IMG/VR virus record: IMGVR_UViG_3300014720_000016
Direction: 5' to 3' (one strand)
From: a virus
DNA: 64,000 bases
Position 1 is the stretch's first letter. Every line of letters starts with the position of its first letter. A model generated the notes under the pieces. It saw only the letters and a program-made list of their open reading frames with translations. It searched no databases and was not told the DNA's origin. Positions 27,080-38,118 of the stretch are shown piece after piece. The translations under genes and the position numbers were made by a program.

Positions 27080-27685
27080 CTATCCTACTGCGGCACGCAC
27101 GCGCTGCGCGACCTCTTCTGGAGTGCCGCTGCCGTCAACCGCGATCCCGCCGACCATGTCCAGCATATTTTTATAGTTGGCATGAATTCGCTTTTGGGAT
27201 TCTAATTTGTCAAAGATCTCTTCGACAGCAGTCCCCGATTTGAGCCGCCGCTGTATGCGCTCCCATGCCACGTCAAACGGCAGCGATATCAAAACGGTGA
27301 CATCGGCTGGCACAGCTACGGCATTAAACGATTTTACCAGGTCTAACGGCATATCAAGCGACTGGTATACGTAACTAGATAGGAGATAGCGATCAGACAC
27401 CACGTCAATACCAGCCTGCAACGCAGGCCTGATTACGTTGTTATAGTGCTCTAGCCGATCAGCTGCAAAAAGCAGAGCAAGGGTAGCAGGGTTTGTTTCG
27501 CCGCCAGATCGCAGCAGCTCCCGCGCCAGACGACCGATTTCACCGCTGGATGGCTCCCCGGTGAGCATAGCTATCCGGCCTTCGGCCTTAAGAGTATCTA
27601 CCAGAATGCCGCACTGCGTGCTAGACCCAACTCCGTCAGCACCTTCGATAACAATAAATCTTCCGTGTTCTACTTCGGTTGTCAT
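27080..27685 (-). CDS. tmk: Thymidylate kinase
   Basis: [39 protein letters not shown]. Confidence 0.92.
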   Translation of the reverse strand: MTTEVEHGRFIVIEGADGVGSSTQCGILVDTLKAEGRIAMLTGEPSSGEIGRLARELLRSGGETNPATLALLFAADRLEHYNNVIRPALQAGIDVVSDRYLLSSYVYQSLDMPLDLVKSFNAVAVPADVTVLISLPFDVAWERIQRRLKSGTAVEEIFDKLESQKRIHANYKNMLDMVGGIAVDGSGTPEEVAQRVRAAVG

Positions 27686-27733
27686 GGCAAGCCCTCCCGG
27701 TACGGATCAGCTAGCGGAAATGAAAAGACACAA

Positions 27734-27759
27734 AAAAGGCCCGGTTTCCCGGGCCTTTT
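27734..27759 (-). terminator. lon terminator
   Basis: AAAAGGCCCGG-tttc-CCGGGCCTTTT. Confidence 0.8.
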
Positions 27760-27768
27760 CTTAATTCA

Positions 27769-30186
27769 TCAGGCTTCTGCGACTGGTACTCCGCCTGCAG
27801 AAAGCTTGAAGGCAAATCCGCCTTCAAGTGCATTCGACAGAACGGTGTCTACGGTCTTGGCGAAGATGAACTCCATCTCTTCGCGAACAACTGGTGGGAT
27901 ATCCGCAAGATCCTTCTCGTTGCGAGCGGGTAGGATGACGCGACGGATACCACCGCGATGCGCGGCAAGTACCTTCTCCTTAATGCCTCCGACCGGAAGA
28001 ACGTGGCCACGCAGCGTGACCTCTCCACTCATGGCCGTATCAGCGCGAACATTACGACCAGTCAGCAGCGAGACAAGTGCGGTCGTAATGGTTACGCCAG
28101 CCGAGGGACCGTCCTTTGGAATAGCGCCCGCCGGGAAGTGAATGTGTAGATCATTCTTATCCAAGAAGTGCTCATCCAGTGATCCGGCTAGCCCTAGGTC
28201 TACGGCCTTGCTGCGAATCCAGCTCATGGCAGCCTGAGCTGACTCCTTCATGACGTCACCCAGTTGACCAGTTAGGGTTAGCGAACCCTTGCCGCCCATG
28301 CGCGTTGCCTCGATAAACAGCAGATCTCCGCCAGCAGCAGTCCAGGCAAGACCGGTCGCAACACCCGGCAGGGACGTGCGCTCAGCTGTTTCGTTAAAGT
28401 AGCGCTCCGCTCCAAGGATCTTGTCTAGGCGCTCTACATCGACGACTACTTTGTCAAAAGTCTTTTCAGCCGTATTTGTTAGTGCAACATCTACTGCGAT
28501 AGAGCGACAGACGCCAGCCACTTCGCGCTCAAGGTTGCGAACTCCAGCCTCCCGGGTGTAGCTCATTGCGAGCTTCAGCAGGGTAGCGTCTGGAATCTCT
28601 ACATGGTCGCTTGAAATGCCGTGCTCACGCAGCTGCTTTGGCACAAGGTGCTGCCGGGCGATAGCGAGCTTTTCTTCAAAAGTATAGCCAGGAACCTCGA
28701 TAATCTCCATGCGATCCCGCAGGGGGGCAGGGATGGTGTCCAGCTGGTTGGCGGTGGCGATAAACAGAACCTTTGACAGGTCGTATGGCACATCAAGGTA
28801 GTGATCCGCGAACGTGTTGTTCTGCTCTGGGTCAAGAACCTCGAGGAGTGCGGCGGCGGGATCACCACGAACGTCATGACCTAGCTTGTCGATCTCGTCA
28901 AGAAGCACTACCGGGTTGCTTGTACCCGACTTCTTCATACCCTGGATAATACGACCGGGCAGGGCGCCGATATACGTGCGACGGTGGCCTCGGATCTCGG
29001 CTTCGTCACGGACGCCGCCAAGCGCAATACGATGGAACTTGCGACCAAGGGCATCGGCAATAGAACGGCCAAGTGAAGTCTTACCAACGCCAGGTGGGCC
29101 TACAAAGCATAGGATTGGACCCTTCATATCGCTCTTGAGCTTGCGAACGGCGAGATACTCGACGATGCGCTTTTTAATCTTTTCTAGACCGTAGTGGTCT
29201 TCGTCGAGCTGCCGTTGAGCATTGCTGATATCAAGATTGTCGGTAGAAACCTTTGACCACGGCAGGTCCGCGAGCCATTCAAGATATGTACGTGCAACGG
29301 TGTACTCGGCCTGGCTGGGCTGCATATTGCGGATACGGCGCAGCTCACGATTAGCGGCTTTCTCCGCATCCTCTGGCATATTGGCGTTGCGCAACCGGCG
29401 CTCAAGCTCTTCGATGCCGTTCTCATCGTCTTCGCGCTCGCCCAGCTCTTCCTTGATGGCCTTCATCTGCTGGCGGAGGTAGTAGTCGCGCTGCGTCTTG
29501 CTCATCTCGCCCTTGACATGCGAGTTAATCTTGTTGGAGATTTTGGTAACTTCGGCCTGCCGAGTAATTAGCTCAAGTACTCGCTTAAGGCGAACCTTAA
29601 GGTGCGCGGCTTCTAGTACTTCCTGCTTCTCTTCGATACCGGCGTCGATATTAGCCGTAATAAGATCAGCCAGATGGCCCGGGTCGCTGATGTTGTCCAG
29701 CAGCTGCTTTGCCATTACGGGCAGATCAGGGAGCATGTCGATGACCTCGCGAGCGGTCTCTTTTAGGTTGGCGGCGAGAGCATCTACCTCTACTTCTCTA
29801 GCGCCCTCGTCTTCGATAAGCTCGATTCGAGCACGCAGGAATGGATCGGTCTGCGTAACTTCCGCTAGGCGGAAGCGCGCAAGGCCCTCTACAACAACCG
29901 AAAATCCGTCTTTGCCAGTGCGAGTAAGCTTGATTACCCGCGCAACAGTTCCTACCTTATAGAGGTCCATTGGAGCAGGATCGTCAACCTCGGGGGACTG
30001 CTGAGCTACAATTGCAATAAGAGAGCTCTCTTCGATAGTGTCCTCAATAAGCCGAATAGTGCGAGCTCGGCCAATTGTAAGCGGCATTACTGCGCCCGGG
30101 AAAAATACGCTATTTCGCAGAGGCAGCAGCGGCAGATCCTCTGGAAGATCGCGTAGATCAAACTTGGGCTTGTTACTGAGTGTCAT
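27769..30186 (-). CDS. lon: ATP-dependent Lon protease (resembles myxobacterial LonD/BsgA)
   Basis: [45 protein letters not shown]; N-domain [26 protein letters not shown]. Confidence 0.97.
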   Translation of the reverse strand: MTLSNKPKFDLRDLPEDLPLLPLRNSVFFPGAVMPLTIGRARTIRLIEDTIEESSLIAIVAQQSPEVDDPAPMDLYKVGTVARVIKLTRTGKDGFSVVVEGLARFRLAEVTQTDPFLRARIELIEDEGAREVEVDALAANLKETAREVIDMLPDLPVMAKQLLDNISDPGHLADLITANIDAGIEEKQEVLEAAHLKVRLKRVLELITRQAEVTKISNKINSHVKGEMSKTQRDYYLRQQMKAIKEELGEREDDENGIEELERRLRNANMPEDAEKAANRELRRIRNMQPSQAEYTVARTYLEWLADLPWSKVSTDNLDISNAQRQLDEDHYGLEKIKKRIVEYLAVRKLKSDMKGPILCFVGPPGVGKTSLGRSIADALGRKFHRIALGGVRDEAEIRGHRRTYIGALPGRIIQGMKKSGTSNPVVLLDEIDKLGHDVRGDPAAALLEVLDPEQNNTFADHYLDVPYDLSKVLFIATANQLDTIPAPLRDRMEIIEVPGYTFEEKLAIARQHLVPKQLREHGISSDHVEIPDATLLKLAMSYTREAGVRNLEREVAGVCRSIAVDVALTNTAEKTFDKVVVDVERLDKILGAERYFNETAERTSLPGVATGLAWTAAGGDLLFIEATRMGGKGSLTLTGQLGDVMKESAQAAMSWIRSKAVDLGLAGSLDEHFLDKNDLHIHFPAGAIPKDGPSAGVTITTALVSLLTGRNVRADTAMSGEVTLRGHVLPVGGIKEKVLAAHRGGIRRVILPARNEKDLADIPPVVREEMEFIFAKTVDTVLSNALEGGFAFKLSAGGVPVAEA

Positions 30187-30289
30187 TCAAACTCCTATTG
30201 CTTTCTCTTTAGAACCACCCCGAATATAGCTTACAAACTAAACTCGGTCGGGTCTAGCGATGATGGTCTTACATAAAAAAAGCAGACAC

Positions 30290-30610
30290 CTATGTGCCTG
30301 CTGGTGGATCGATCATGCTCTCGGACGGTGGACTGGGTGTTGCCGGAGGCGTAGGAACAGGGCCGCGCAGTGATATTCGCTGTTTGCCGGCAGGATCAAT
30401 TTCTAAGTCGTAAAGCCAGCTGGCAGAGTCGTATTCACGAAGTAGCTGGTTCGCAGTCATTCGCAACTCATTATCAGGGAGGAATTCGAAGAAATGCTGC
30501 CATGGAACTTCATAAAGGGAGAACCGCACTGGGCCTTCCATTGGTATTTCGTTACAGAGGAAACTTATCGTACACACAGCCCCTGGTATCAGGATGTCTG
30601 TCGCGGGCAT
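30290..30610 (-). CDS. Hypothetical protein
   Basis: GAGG RBS; Pro-rich tail. Confidence 0.55.
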   Translation of the reverse strand: MPATDILIPGAVCTISFLCNEIPMEGPVRFSLYEVPWQHFFEFLPDNELRMTANQLLREYDSASWLYDLEIDPAGKQRISLRGPVPTPPATPSPPSESMIDPPAGT

Positions 30611-30626
30611 AGCTTCCTCGCTGCTT

Positions 30627-31094
30627 TCATGATTTAAAGTATAAATCTGCTTCCTCCGCTCGTCTTTTTGTAAGGCCCTTCATTACTCGACCAGCTGCTT
30701 TGTTCCAGCGCAAGAACTCGTCCCTTATGGTCGGATCTTTTGTATTTGCATTAAGTTTCTTCAGTAGCGTGCTGCCCTTTAGCGCGCCTAGGCCCACGTT
30801 GTAGGCGAAGCAAACCAGAGCGTCGAACTGGTTTTGATTAATGTCGTCACGGCACAGCGAGTCAACTCCGCGCTCGTAGTGATCGAGCAGCTGAGCCAGG
30901 AGCTGCGTTGCTCGATCTTCTGTGATGGGTGGGTCCGCCATTGTTACTTTGCGCCCGTCCTCGTAGTAAGTGGACCCATATCCGATGGTAAAAGGAACTC
31001 CGCCAGTTGCAGGATCAGGATATGGCTTGGCGCTAAAGCCTTCAAACTTTTTAATTAGGTTGATTCCAGCAGCTGAAGTTTTGGTAATTTTCAT
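30627..31094 (-). CDS. Phage lysozyme / endolysin (GH24)
   Basis: IKKFEG..PYPD..TIGYG, NQFDALV.F.YNVG, WNKA.G..M.GL..RR..E. Confidence 0.93.
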   Translation of the reverse strand: MKITKTSAAGINLIKKFEGFSAKPYPDPATGGVPFTIGYGSTYYEDGRKVTMADPPITEDRATQLLAQLLDHYERGVDSLCRDDINQNQFDALVCFAYNVGLGALKGSTLLKKLNANTKDPTIRDEFLRWNKAAGRVMKGLTKRRAEEADLYFKS

Positions 31095-31097
31095 GGT

Positions 31098-32207
31098 TCA
31101 CTCATAATCTCTAATGGCGACAACATACGGAAATCGTGGTACGCCATCAGGCGTTAGGTTGAAGTATTTTACAGTAGCTAGTTTGCCGACTAGCTCGTCT
31201 TTGCCTGCCAGCAGGCCGCGCAAGTAGTCGCGGTCGCCCTTGATGTTCGAGTTGAACTCTGTGCCTGCGGCATTCTTGAAGAGCATGGACGCTGCCATTC
31301 CGGTCTTATTGCCTTCGCCCTCTACTACTCCCAAGATAGTGAATTCCTCGTCACGAAACTCTTTGCGCTTGAGCAGGCTGCGGCTGCGCTTGAACTCGTA
31401 GGGCGTATTTAGCCGCACCATTTGCCCTTCGTAGCCGTCGTTCATATACTTTTCGTATAGGGCGTCAAGTGCGGGTGCATCGGCAACCAGCTCAGTAGGC
31501 ACGCGGCGGATAGCCGGATGGTCTGGCAGGTTATCGAGTAACCACTGGTTCCGCTCAGAAAAGCGCATGGCGGGGTCTGCAACATCGTAGATCCAGTACT
31601 GAATAGTAGCAGCACTCTCTTTGAGATCAGCGCCGTTGGGCTTGGTCTTTTTTACAAGAGAGCAAATCTTGTTAAAATCATTTGCTAGTTTGTCGCAGTA
31701 AAGCTCGCCATCTAGTACCACATTTGGAAATTTTTGAAAAAGTCCAGCGAGGGCCTCACGGATATGAGGGGCACTGACGATAGGCTTGCCGTTGCGGGAG
31801 TTGATTGAATCCGCAGTAACGACGCACCGGATGCCGTCGTATTTGGGTTGGCTATAGATCGGGAATGCGATGTCGTCGGCATAATCGTCATAGCTCTTGG
31901 CCAGCATTGGCTCTACGAACTTGCGCTGATCAATGTCTGCGACATTTTCTCTGTAGCCTGAATCCAGCTTCTTTTTCCACTTAGCCTGGGCTTCCAGAAG
32001 CGCCTGCTGCTCGTCAGTTGTAGCGTTTTTGCGGCCAGTGTTTTTGCCGTGACAGACAGTCCACTCGGAAGTTATCTTTTTGCCATCTACCTGGCCCGAG
32101 ATTGTTCTAAAGCGTGGTCCCTGGACTTCGGCGATCCATACTTGGACGGCTCCTGTCTCGGTGCGTGCATACAGGGGAGCGAGCTGCGTAATATCGCAAT
32201 CTGACAT
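31098..32207 (-). CDS. ATP-dependent DNA ligase
   Basis: PMLA, QPKYDGIR, SRNGK, LDGELY, YEGQMVR, LLKRK, GVPRFP. Confidence 0.93.
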   Translation of the reverse strand: MSDCDITQLAPLYARTETGAVQVWIAEVQGPRFRTISGQVDGKKITSEWTVCHGKNTGRKNATTDEQQALLEAQAKWKKKLDSGYRENVADIDQRKFVEPMLAKSYDDYADDIAFPIYSQPKYDGIRCVVTADSINSRNGKPIVSAPHIREALAGLFQKFPNVVLDGELYCDKLANDFNKICSLVKKTKPNGADLKESAATIQYWIYDVADPAMRFSERNQWLLDNLPDHPAIRRVPTELVADAPALDALYEKYMNDGYEGQMVRLNTPYEFKRSRSLLKRKEFRDEEFTILGVVEGEGNKTGMAASMLFKNAAGTEFNSNIKGDRDYLRGLLAGKDELVGKLATVKYFNLTPDGVPRFPYVVAIRDYE

Positions 32208-32233
32208 TTTTTTGTTTCCTTTGGTGATTTTTT

Positions 32234-32316
32234 CCGGCGCGGCGCGGCGGACCGGATCGGGCGGCGCGGGGCGCGGCGGCGGCCCCCGCCCGGGCGCGCG
32301 GGCGCGGGCGCGCGCG
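32234..32316. other. Extreme-GC intergenic tract containing a degenerate CCGATCC motif copy
   Basis: 80 of 83 bases are G or C. Confidence 0.7.
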
Positions 32317-32327
32317 TTACCCGTGGT

Positions 32328-32834
32328 CTATTTGCGCGTTCGTTTATAGAAAGCAGCTGCAATAGCGCTGCCTTTTTCCTTAAGTCCATCTGTGATCAGT
32401 ATTGCTGGCACAAGAAACGGGGCGGCTGCAAAGAAAGCAACTACATTCGCCCGTTCCCTTGGATTATGCCAGGCGCCTACCGTCAGAGACCTAGAAGTAC
32501 TAGGTTCCATCCAATAGCCTGTTCGAAAAAAGATATTGACTTGCCAGAATATAAACTTAAATGTGCTGTACTTTGAAAGATGGTGAGGTACGAGTGTTCC
32601 ATCGGGTCGCGAGTACACGAAGGCACCTTGCTCGGTTACTATATCTACTCTGTATGTTTTCTTTTCAAAGCCATTTCTGCTGTGTGTCTCGTTGACATAA
32701 GGAGTTGCCTCAGTGACCATGCCCCTTATCTCAGGAGGCAGAGCCAAGATGGCATGAATTGCCTCTGCAGAATGACCCTCAGCCGCGAGGTCTTCCTCTG
32801 TCCCATATCGGAGAATATAGGATTCTAGCTTCAT
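32328..32834 (-). CDS. Hypothetical protein (MKL group; possible C-terminal TM helix)
   Basis: MKLESYILRY...G.S.E; VVAFFAAAPFLVPAILI. Confidence 0.6.
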   Translation of the reverse strand: MKLESYILRYGTEEDLAAEGHSAEAIHAILALPPEIRGMVTEATPYVNETHSRNGFEKKTYRVDIVTEQGAFVYSRPDGTLVPHHLSKYSTFKFIFWQVNIFFRTGYWMEPSTSRSLTVGAWHNPRERANVVAFFAAAPFLVPAILITDGLKEKGSAIAAAFYKRTRK

Positions 32835-32836
32835 AT

Positions 32837-33388
32837 TTATTTTGAAATAATCTTTTCGACATAGCCGAGGCGGGCGAGGCGCTTCTTGTGGCGAGCTAGA
32901 TCATAGGCAGTTATGGATTTAGGGTAGAATCTGTTAAGAGCCTTTCCACTCATACCCTCAACATACATCATCGACTTAGCCTTATCAGAAGGCCTGTGAA
33001 CAAGTACGAACTTATAGTTCCCGCTAGCCATCCTCTTTTCGCAGAAAAAGTCAACATGTGGCAGAATATTAACGTGCTTTAGATCGGACTGAATATCATC
33101 AGGCTGGGCCGCCACGGTCTGCTTAACCAGTACAAAGTCCCCGATCTTTGATGGCAGAGCAGGGATAAAGACAGTCTTGTCCATGTCCGTCCAGAAACTC
33201 AGTGTCTTGATTTTTTCAGGCTCAAGGAAGCTGCGACAGATAAGCAGCCCGCAGCGGTTGTTGTTTTCAGCAGTTTTAGTAATCACTTCGTGTAGCTCGA
33301 AAGCGCCGTCCCTTTCAAGACCGATTAGACAGTTCTCTTCGACTTTGTCGGCATCTAGTTCGCCAAAGGTTACGACGCTTCCGTTCAT
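32837..33388 (-). CDS. Hypothetical protein
   Basis: Position within the operon. Confidence 0.65.
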   Translation of the reverse strand: MNGSVVTFGELDADKVEENCLIGLERDGAFELHEVITKTAENNNRCGLLICRSFLEPEKIKTLSFWTDMDKTVFIPALPSKIGDFVLVKQTVAAQPDDIQSDLKHVNILPHVDFFCEKRMASGNYKFVLVHRPSDKAKSMMYVEGMSGKALNRFYPKSITAYDLARHKKRLARLGYVEKIISK

Positions 33389-33389
33389 A

Positions 33390-34085
33390 TCATTCCTCGA
33401 TCTTAAATTCCTGTGGAGGGCCGTTCCACATAGGATTTGCTACGTACATAGCATCGTCTCGGTGGGCGCGATAATGCGTACCGCCTTCCCGGCCAATGTG
33501 ATGCGAGCGTGAGATTCGTGGCTGCAAAACACGCAGACCAGAAGCGATCAGGCCGGTAATGCTAAAATCCCAACCGCGTGCATCGCGTTTCCAAGCTGGC
33601 TCAAAATGCGTCGCCCATTGCTCTTTTGTAATAGCGAAGCCTAGAGCAGAAAATTTAGATCCTGCAAAGGTAGCGGCTGGATCAGCGTCAGCCCGGCTAT
33701 CATGATTATAAAGATTCATGCACAGGAATTCATTGCGCCGTGGGTGATTCAGATACCAGGTAGCTAAACCGACGGCATCGGTGGAGATCACGATATCATC
33801 CTCTAGGTAAAGGACACCATCTACTCCGCTGTTAAATGTGCGCTTTAGCAATTCATAAGGGTTATCTCGAACACCGAGCTGGCGAGAATTTACTACTGCG
33901 TTGCTCTGCATGAAGCTTACGCTTTTGCAAATCTTTATGACTTCTTCATTACCTGGCTCAATACCGAAATTAAGTACATAGTCATCTAGATCGCCGTTCT
34001 TGCTCAGGCTATCTAGCGCAGTCTGTAGATACTTGGGTCGCTTAAAAGCGGTCATAGTCATTGCAAATTTCAAGCTATACTCCAT
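33390..34085 (-). CDS. Glycosyltransferase, GT-A fold
   Basis: TAFKRPKYL..ALDSL, YLEDDI, GWD, PRISRSHHIG..GG. Confidence 0.8.
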   Translation of the reverse strand: MEYSLKFAMTMTAFKRPKYLQTALDSLSKNGDLDDYVLNFGIEPGNEEVIKICKSVSFMQSNAVVNSRQLGVRDNPYELLKRTFNSGVDGVLYLEDDIVISTDAVGLATWYLNHPRRNEFLCMNLYNHDSRADADPAATFAGSKFSALGFAITKEQWATHFEPAWKRDARGWDFSITGLIASGLRVLQPRISRSHHIGREGGTHYRAHRDDAMYVANPMWNGPPQEFKIEE

Positions 34086-35166
34086 GCAGGCTGCGGTTTA
34101 TTGCGCTAAATGTACTTTCCTCTGTATAGGTCTCTAGTATTTCCGTGCGCCGGGCTTCTGCTACCTGACACGCATCAGAATAATTATTGAAAACGTATCG
34201 CAGCTTATCTATCGCATCATCCAAGTGAGGTTCGGCCCAGTTCATTTCGGCATTGAAGAACGGCGAAATCTTCGGATTAACGCCGGCAACTGGGGTCATG
34301 TTATGCTTAACCAGAAATGGATAACCAGATCCTAGCCACTCAGCAGGCGCAGACCAGCCAGTGGTAATTACCGGTCTGCCTGCGATAGCTGCCTCCCATG
34401 GCGGCAGACCCCAGCCCTCCCCATGCGTAAGGCTTATGTGGGCGTGCGATGATTCATTTAGCTTGTGAATATCGGCAGTGGAGGAAATCTTTGCCACTAG
34501 TTGAATGTCAGGAGCCCTGCGTAGCTTCATGCCGCCAACAATCCCAGCTATTTCTTTGCTAATGATTGCAGCAGACTCGTTAGCATTAGCAGTAACGTGG
34601 CTTTTTAGTACCAGCTGTACGTCGGGATTGCCGTTAAAAGCGGCACAGAAAGCGCGAACAAGGGCAGATGGATTCTTGCGCTCGCTCCACTGAAACGACG
34701 AAAGAAAGCGGAATTTTCCAGACCTTGGGGCTTGCTTAAGATGCCCAGTGCTTTTCGCAATAGGCATGACAGCGTGCACTGGAACGGTAACGCCAGAACT
34801 GATCATTACCTCTTTGTTCCAGTGAGAAGTGGTCCAGCAGGCATCATACTCGTTAATCTTCTTTGCCCAGCCATCTGGCAAGCGATCAGCTTCAAAAGTA
34901 GTGTAGCCAATATTCCTACTGCTGCCTCTTATCCCGTCCCATAGAATCGGGACCATGTTTATCACAGTGGCATCCGGCGCATCGAATGGCTTGGCAGCGA
35001 GCATTTCCTTGGCTACCTGGCCCATGTCTGCGCTATTGCTCTGTAGTCTTATATCTAAGCAGCCGACATTCCCCGCCCGCCGCAGGGCGGGCCATATCAG
35101 CCGACCCATCTCGGCATAGCCCATGTGGGTAGATATGGGGCTAGCAAAGTTTATATTACTAGCCAT
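34075..35166 (-). CDS. Glycosyltransferase family 4 (GT-B)
   Basis: GYAE, YTTFE, ERKN, GEGWGLPPWEA..AG.PVITT. Confidence 0.88.
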   Translation of the reverse strand: MASNINFASPISTHMGYAEMGRLIWPALRRAGNVGCLDIRLQSNSADMGQVAKEMLAAKPFDAPDATVINMVPILWDGIRGSSRNIGYTTFEADRLPDGWAKKINEYDACWTTSHWNKEVMISSGVTVPVHAVMPIAKSTGHLKQAPRSGKFRFLSSFQWSERKNPSALVRAFCAAFNGNPDVQLVLKSHVTANANESAAIISKEIAGIVGGMKLRRAPDIQLVAKISSTADIHKLNESSHAHISLTHGEGWGLPPWEAAIAGRPVITTGWSAPAEWLGSGYPFLVKHNMTPVAGVNPKISPFFNAEMNWAEPHLDDAIDKLRYVFNNYSDACQVAEARRTEILETYTEESTFSAINRSLHGV

Positions 35167-36550
35167 CAGTGCTAAACCCTTTGCGCTTTACTTTCTTGCT
35201 TACCGTAGCAGGTTTTGCTCGCTTTGTCCTCGTTGCTCTGCGTGGCTTAGGCCCTGCTTCATCAGCCGGATAATCGCCTACGATGGGATCACTTTCTATA
35301 TCCGCAGATTCGGCATCATCCTCGTCTGGATGAAATGCCCGCAAATCATCAAGAATATCCCGGATATTTGAGGTCGGGCGCAGCTTTAGACGAAGGACTA
35401 CTTCCTTGCATTCTGCCGGAGTAAACCTGCGACCAGCCATTGCAGCTTTTACGTCGCTGCTGCTAATCTGGACATCCATGCTCTTGGCGTAAGACTGCAT
35501 GATCTCCAAGCATGAATCGGCGCTAGGCAGCGAGAACTGGAATTTCTCATCAAACCTGCCCGGTCGCAGCAGGGCTTCCCCAAGCTCCTCTGTGTCGTTA
35601 ACTGTGGCGAAGAAGGAAATCTTTGGGTACTTGCGCTTTAGATTTTCCGTAATGTAGAGGAACTTGCCCTCGTATTCGTCAAAGTCTACGCGGTCAAAAT
35701 CATCGAAAAGCACGATCTCGGGCTTAAGAATCGATAGTATCTGCTCAATCTCCTTGTTGTCAACGCTCTCTAGGAATGAGGCATCAACCTTTACCAGCCT
35801 ATTGCCAAATTCTTGCGAGATGCGCTCGCACCAGCTGGTCTTGCCGGTGCCAGGCTTGCCGTACAGCAAAAAGCTGCGGCTAATAGACATGCTCTTGGAA
35901 AGGTTGAGGTATGCAACCATGTCTGCAATAGGATGCGTGGACATGTCAGTATACTGGTTTGAGCCGGGCAGCGCAGAGATCTCTACCTCTACTTTGGAGT
36001 CACCAGAGCTTTTACCATACGAGAGATTGATGCCTGTTGGGTATTTGTTCCAAAAGAAATCGTGGATAAGCGCGTGGTCAAAATCTGGCGATAGCCAGTA
36101 TTGACTTACGATCTCTTCGGGGCTGGCAAAGACATCAAAGCGATCTACTTGTGCAGCCCTGTGAATCCAATACATTTCCGAGTTGTCCGCAACAGTCATG
36201 CGGATCATGCTCATGTTGTCCAGCTTCATAACTGTACCAACAGAGAAGACTGACTCTGCTCCAGACTTAATTAGGAGCTTGTGCAGTTCGCCGTTATGGA
36301 CTTTCAAGTTATGCTTCTCAACATAGAAGTTGATTGGATTCACAAACTCGATATTCAGGGCATCCGCAATTACGTTAGCACCAGCCATAACAGCTGATCC
36401 GATACTAAGCGGGTTGCGATTGTGGGCGAGGCTGGCAGTAATGTTAAGGACTTCCTGCCCCAGAGAAGAGGCCTGCTGAACATAAGGATGCCCGAGAACT
36501 TCGCCGGCCTTCTTCTTAAACTTGTCAAAAAAGCTCTTCTCTGACATCAT
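35159..36550 (-). CDS. AAA+ ATPase
   Basis: YGKPGTGKT, LFDDFD, TVN, ALLRPGRFD. Confidence 0.88.
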   Translation of the reverse strand: MMSEKSFFDKFKKKAGEVLGHPYVQQASSLGQEVLNITASLAHNRNPLSIGSAVMAGANVIADALNIEFVNPINFYVEKHNLKVHNGELHKLLIKSGAESVFSVGTVMKLDNMSMIRMTVADNSEMYWIHRAAQVDRFDVFASPEEIVSQYWLSPDFDHALIHDFFWNKYPTGINLSYGKSSGDSKVEVEISALPGSNQYTDMSTHPIADMVAYLNLSKSMSISRSFLLYGKPGTGKTSWCERISQEFGNRLVKVDASFLESVDNKEIEQILSILKPEIVLFDDFDRVDFDEYEGKFLYITENLKRKYPKISFFATVNDTEELGEALLRPGRFDEKFQFSLPSADSCLEIMQSYAKSMDVQISSSDVKAAMAGRRFTPAECKEVVLRLKLRPTSNIRDILDDLRAFHPDEDDAESADIESDPIVGDYPADEAGPKPRRATRTKRAKPATVSKKVKRKGFSTDG

Positions 36551-38118
36551 TCCTCCGACTTCACTGCGATCTCGCCACCGATTGCGCCTGATTGCAGAGC
36601 GGCCTTTAGTTTTTCCCAGGCGCCCATCCTGACAGCTTTTGCAAAATACGAGTCAATACTTTCTAGCATAAAACGCAAACTACCATCGAGCACATAGGTG
36701 TGAGCCCAGTCCTTATCTGATCTTACCGCTCGTCCATAGGCTTGTACAAGAGAATTTCTTGTTGCCATTTCATACAGCCCAGGCATAGCGCTATTTAGAG
36801 CTTCCATGTATTCAGACTTTGCCGGGAATGGTACCTTCATAATTACCTGGAAGCGACCCAGATCATCAGCCAAGTCCACGCCCTCCATCATAGATGGGCT
36901 TACTAGTATTGAGTCTGCTTGCTGCTTGTGATGCGCAAGTGCAATGCTTTTATTGGCGCCCTGCTCTACCCAGGTAAACCGGGGATTCTTGCCGTATATT
37001 GTCTGAAGGGCGCTGAAAACCCTGTAGTTAGAAGTGTGAATAATCCCACGCTGATTCCGATGCCGCTGCACAATGGCGTCAAGCAGCTGAATCGCCGGCA
37101 TATCCCTGCCGAATTTTGTAGCGTAATTTATCGTAGGAATATCTTTCGGAAAATAGATCGGCCTGTGCTCAACCGGGAAAGAACTCTCTAGATTGAATTC
37201 GACAGTCTTATCTGGATCTAATCCCAGGATCTTGGCAAAATTAACATCAATCGTAGCCGATAGGAAGTAAATCTTGCGGAATCGCGAAAGAAACTTGTGA
37301 GCCATCGTGGCAGGGTAGATGGGCTTGATCTGGACCTTTTCGTTTTCGGTATCGACATAGAAGTCGCCGGGCAACCGTGCCTCCTGGAGAATGGCGCCTA
37401 CCCGATCAGAGATCTGCTTGCACTGCTCCAGAGTCTTAGAGTCTGAAGACGATTCAGCCCGCATGCCTGCAGCAGTCTTAACCCGCTTGAGCCAATCAAC
37501 GTAGTTTGTTTGATTGGGCAAGTCGCGGATTTTCAGAAGGTTGAAGATTCGTTTTGTGGGAATTTCTAGAGAATAGAAATCCAGAACCTTGTCGATGAAG
37601 TTGTGGGCCTCGTCAAGCACAATAGCGCCGCTCGTAAAGCCGCTAGAGAAAGCCAGATCGTAGTTAAGAATACCGCCAGATGTATGTGGCAGGGCGTACT
37701 TCTTTTTGTAGTATTCGCACTTGTTATTCTTGGCACAGCTCTGCCGCAACTCTGGCGGAGTTTTCTCAGGGATGTCGTACTTAGACTTGGCGATTTGTAA
37801 CAGCTTCCTGCTGGCACAAGGCGCATCTCCGGTAGATCCACCGGAGATCGAACAGCTGTAGTTACTCTTGCCTTTTAGTACAAACTCAGAATTAAATTGG
37901 GAGGTTGAGGCGTACTGATCTTGCAGCAACTTTGTGGCAGTAAGGACGTGGGTATGGTGCTTGCGCGAAAGTGCCACTGCCAGTCCGCTTTTCCCTAGCC
38001 CTGTAGGCGCCCGTATAATGAAGTACTGCTTATCTTCATTCTCATCCAGCTTGTCCAGCAAATCCTCGATACCTGGCCGATAGCTAGGAAACGGGTAGTG
38101 ACTTTTGAGCGGTTCCAT
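36547..38118 (-). CDS. DinG/YoaA-like SF2 helicase
   Basis: APTGLGKS, LQDQY, Cys cluster, DEAH, LSAT, EGVDL, QAYGRAVRS..D. Confidence 0.9.
   Translation of the reverse strand: MEPLKSHYPFPSYRPGIEDLLDKLDENEDKQYFIIRAPTGLGKSGLAVALSRKHHTHVLTATKLLQDQYASTSQFNSEFVLKGKSNYSCSISGGSTGDAPCASRKLLQIAKSKYDIPEKTPPELRQSCAKNNKCEYYKKKYALPHTSGGILNYDLAFSSGFTSGAIVLDEAHNFIDKVLDFYSLEIPTKRIFNLLKIRDLPNQTNYVDWLKRVKTAAGMRAESSSDSKTLEQCKQISDRVGAILQEARLPGDFYVDTENEKVQIKPIYPATMAHKFLSRFRKIYFLSATIDVNFAKILGLDPDKTVEFNLESSFPVEHRPIYFPKDIPTINYATKFGRDMPAIQLLDAIVQRHRNQRGIIHTSNYRVFSALQTIYGKNPRFTWVEQGANKSIALAHHKQQADSILVSPSMMEGVDLADDLGRFQVIMKVPFPAKSEYMEALNSAMPGLYEMATRNSLVQAYGRAVRSDKDWAHTYVLDGSLRFMLESIDSYFAKAVRMGAWEKLKAALQSGAIGGEIAVKSEE

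Noticed and set aside
27700-27725. CTGATCC upstream of tmk as another motif copy
   Set aside because: Only the 3' box partly matches; the CTAAR loop and GC stem are absent.
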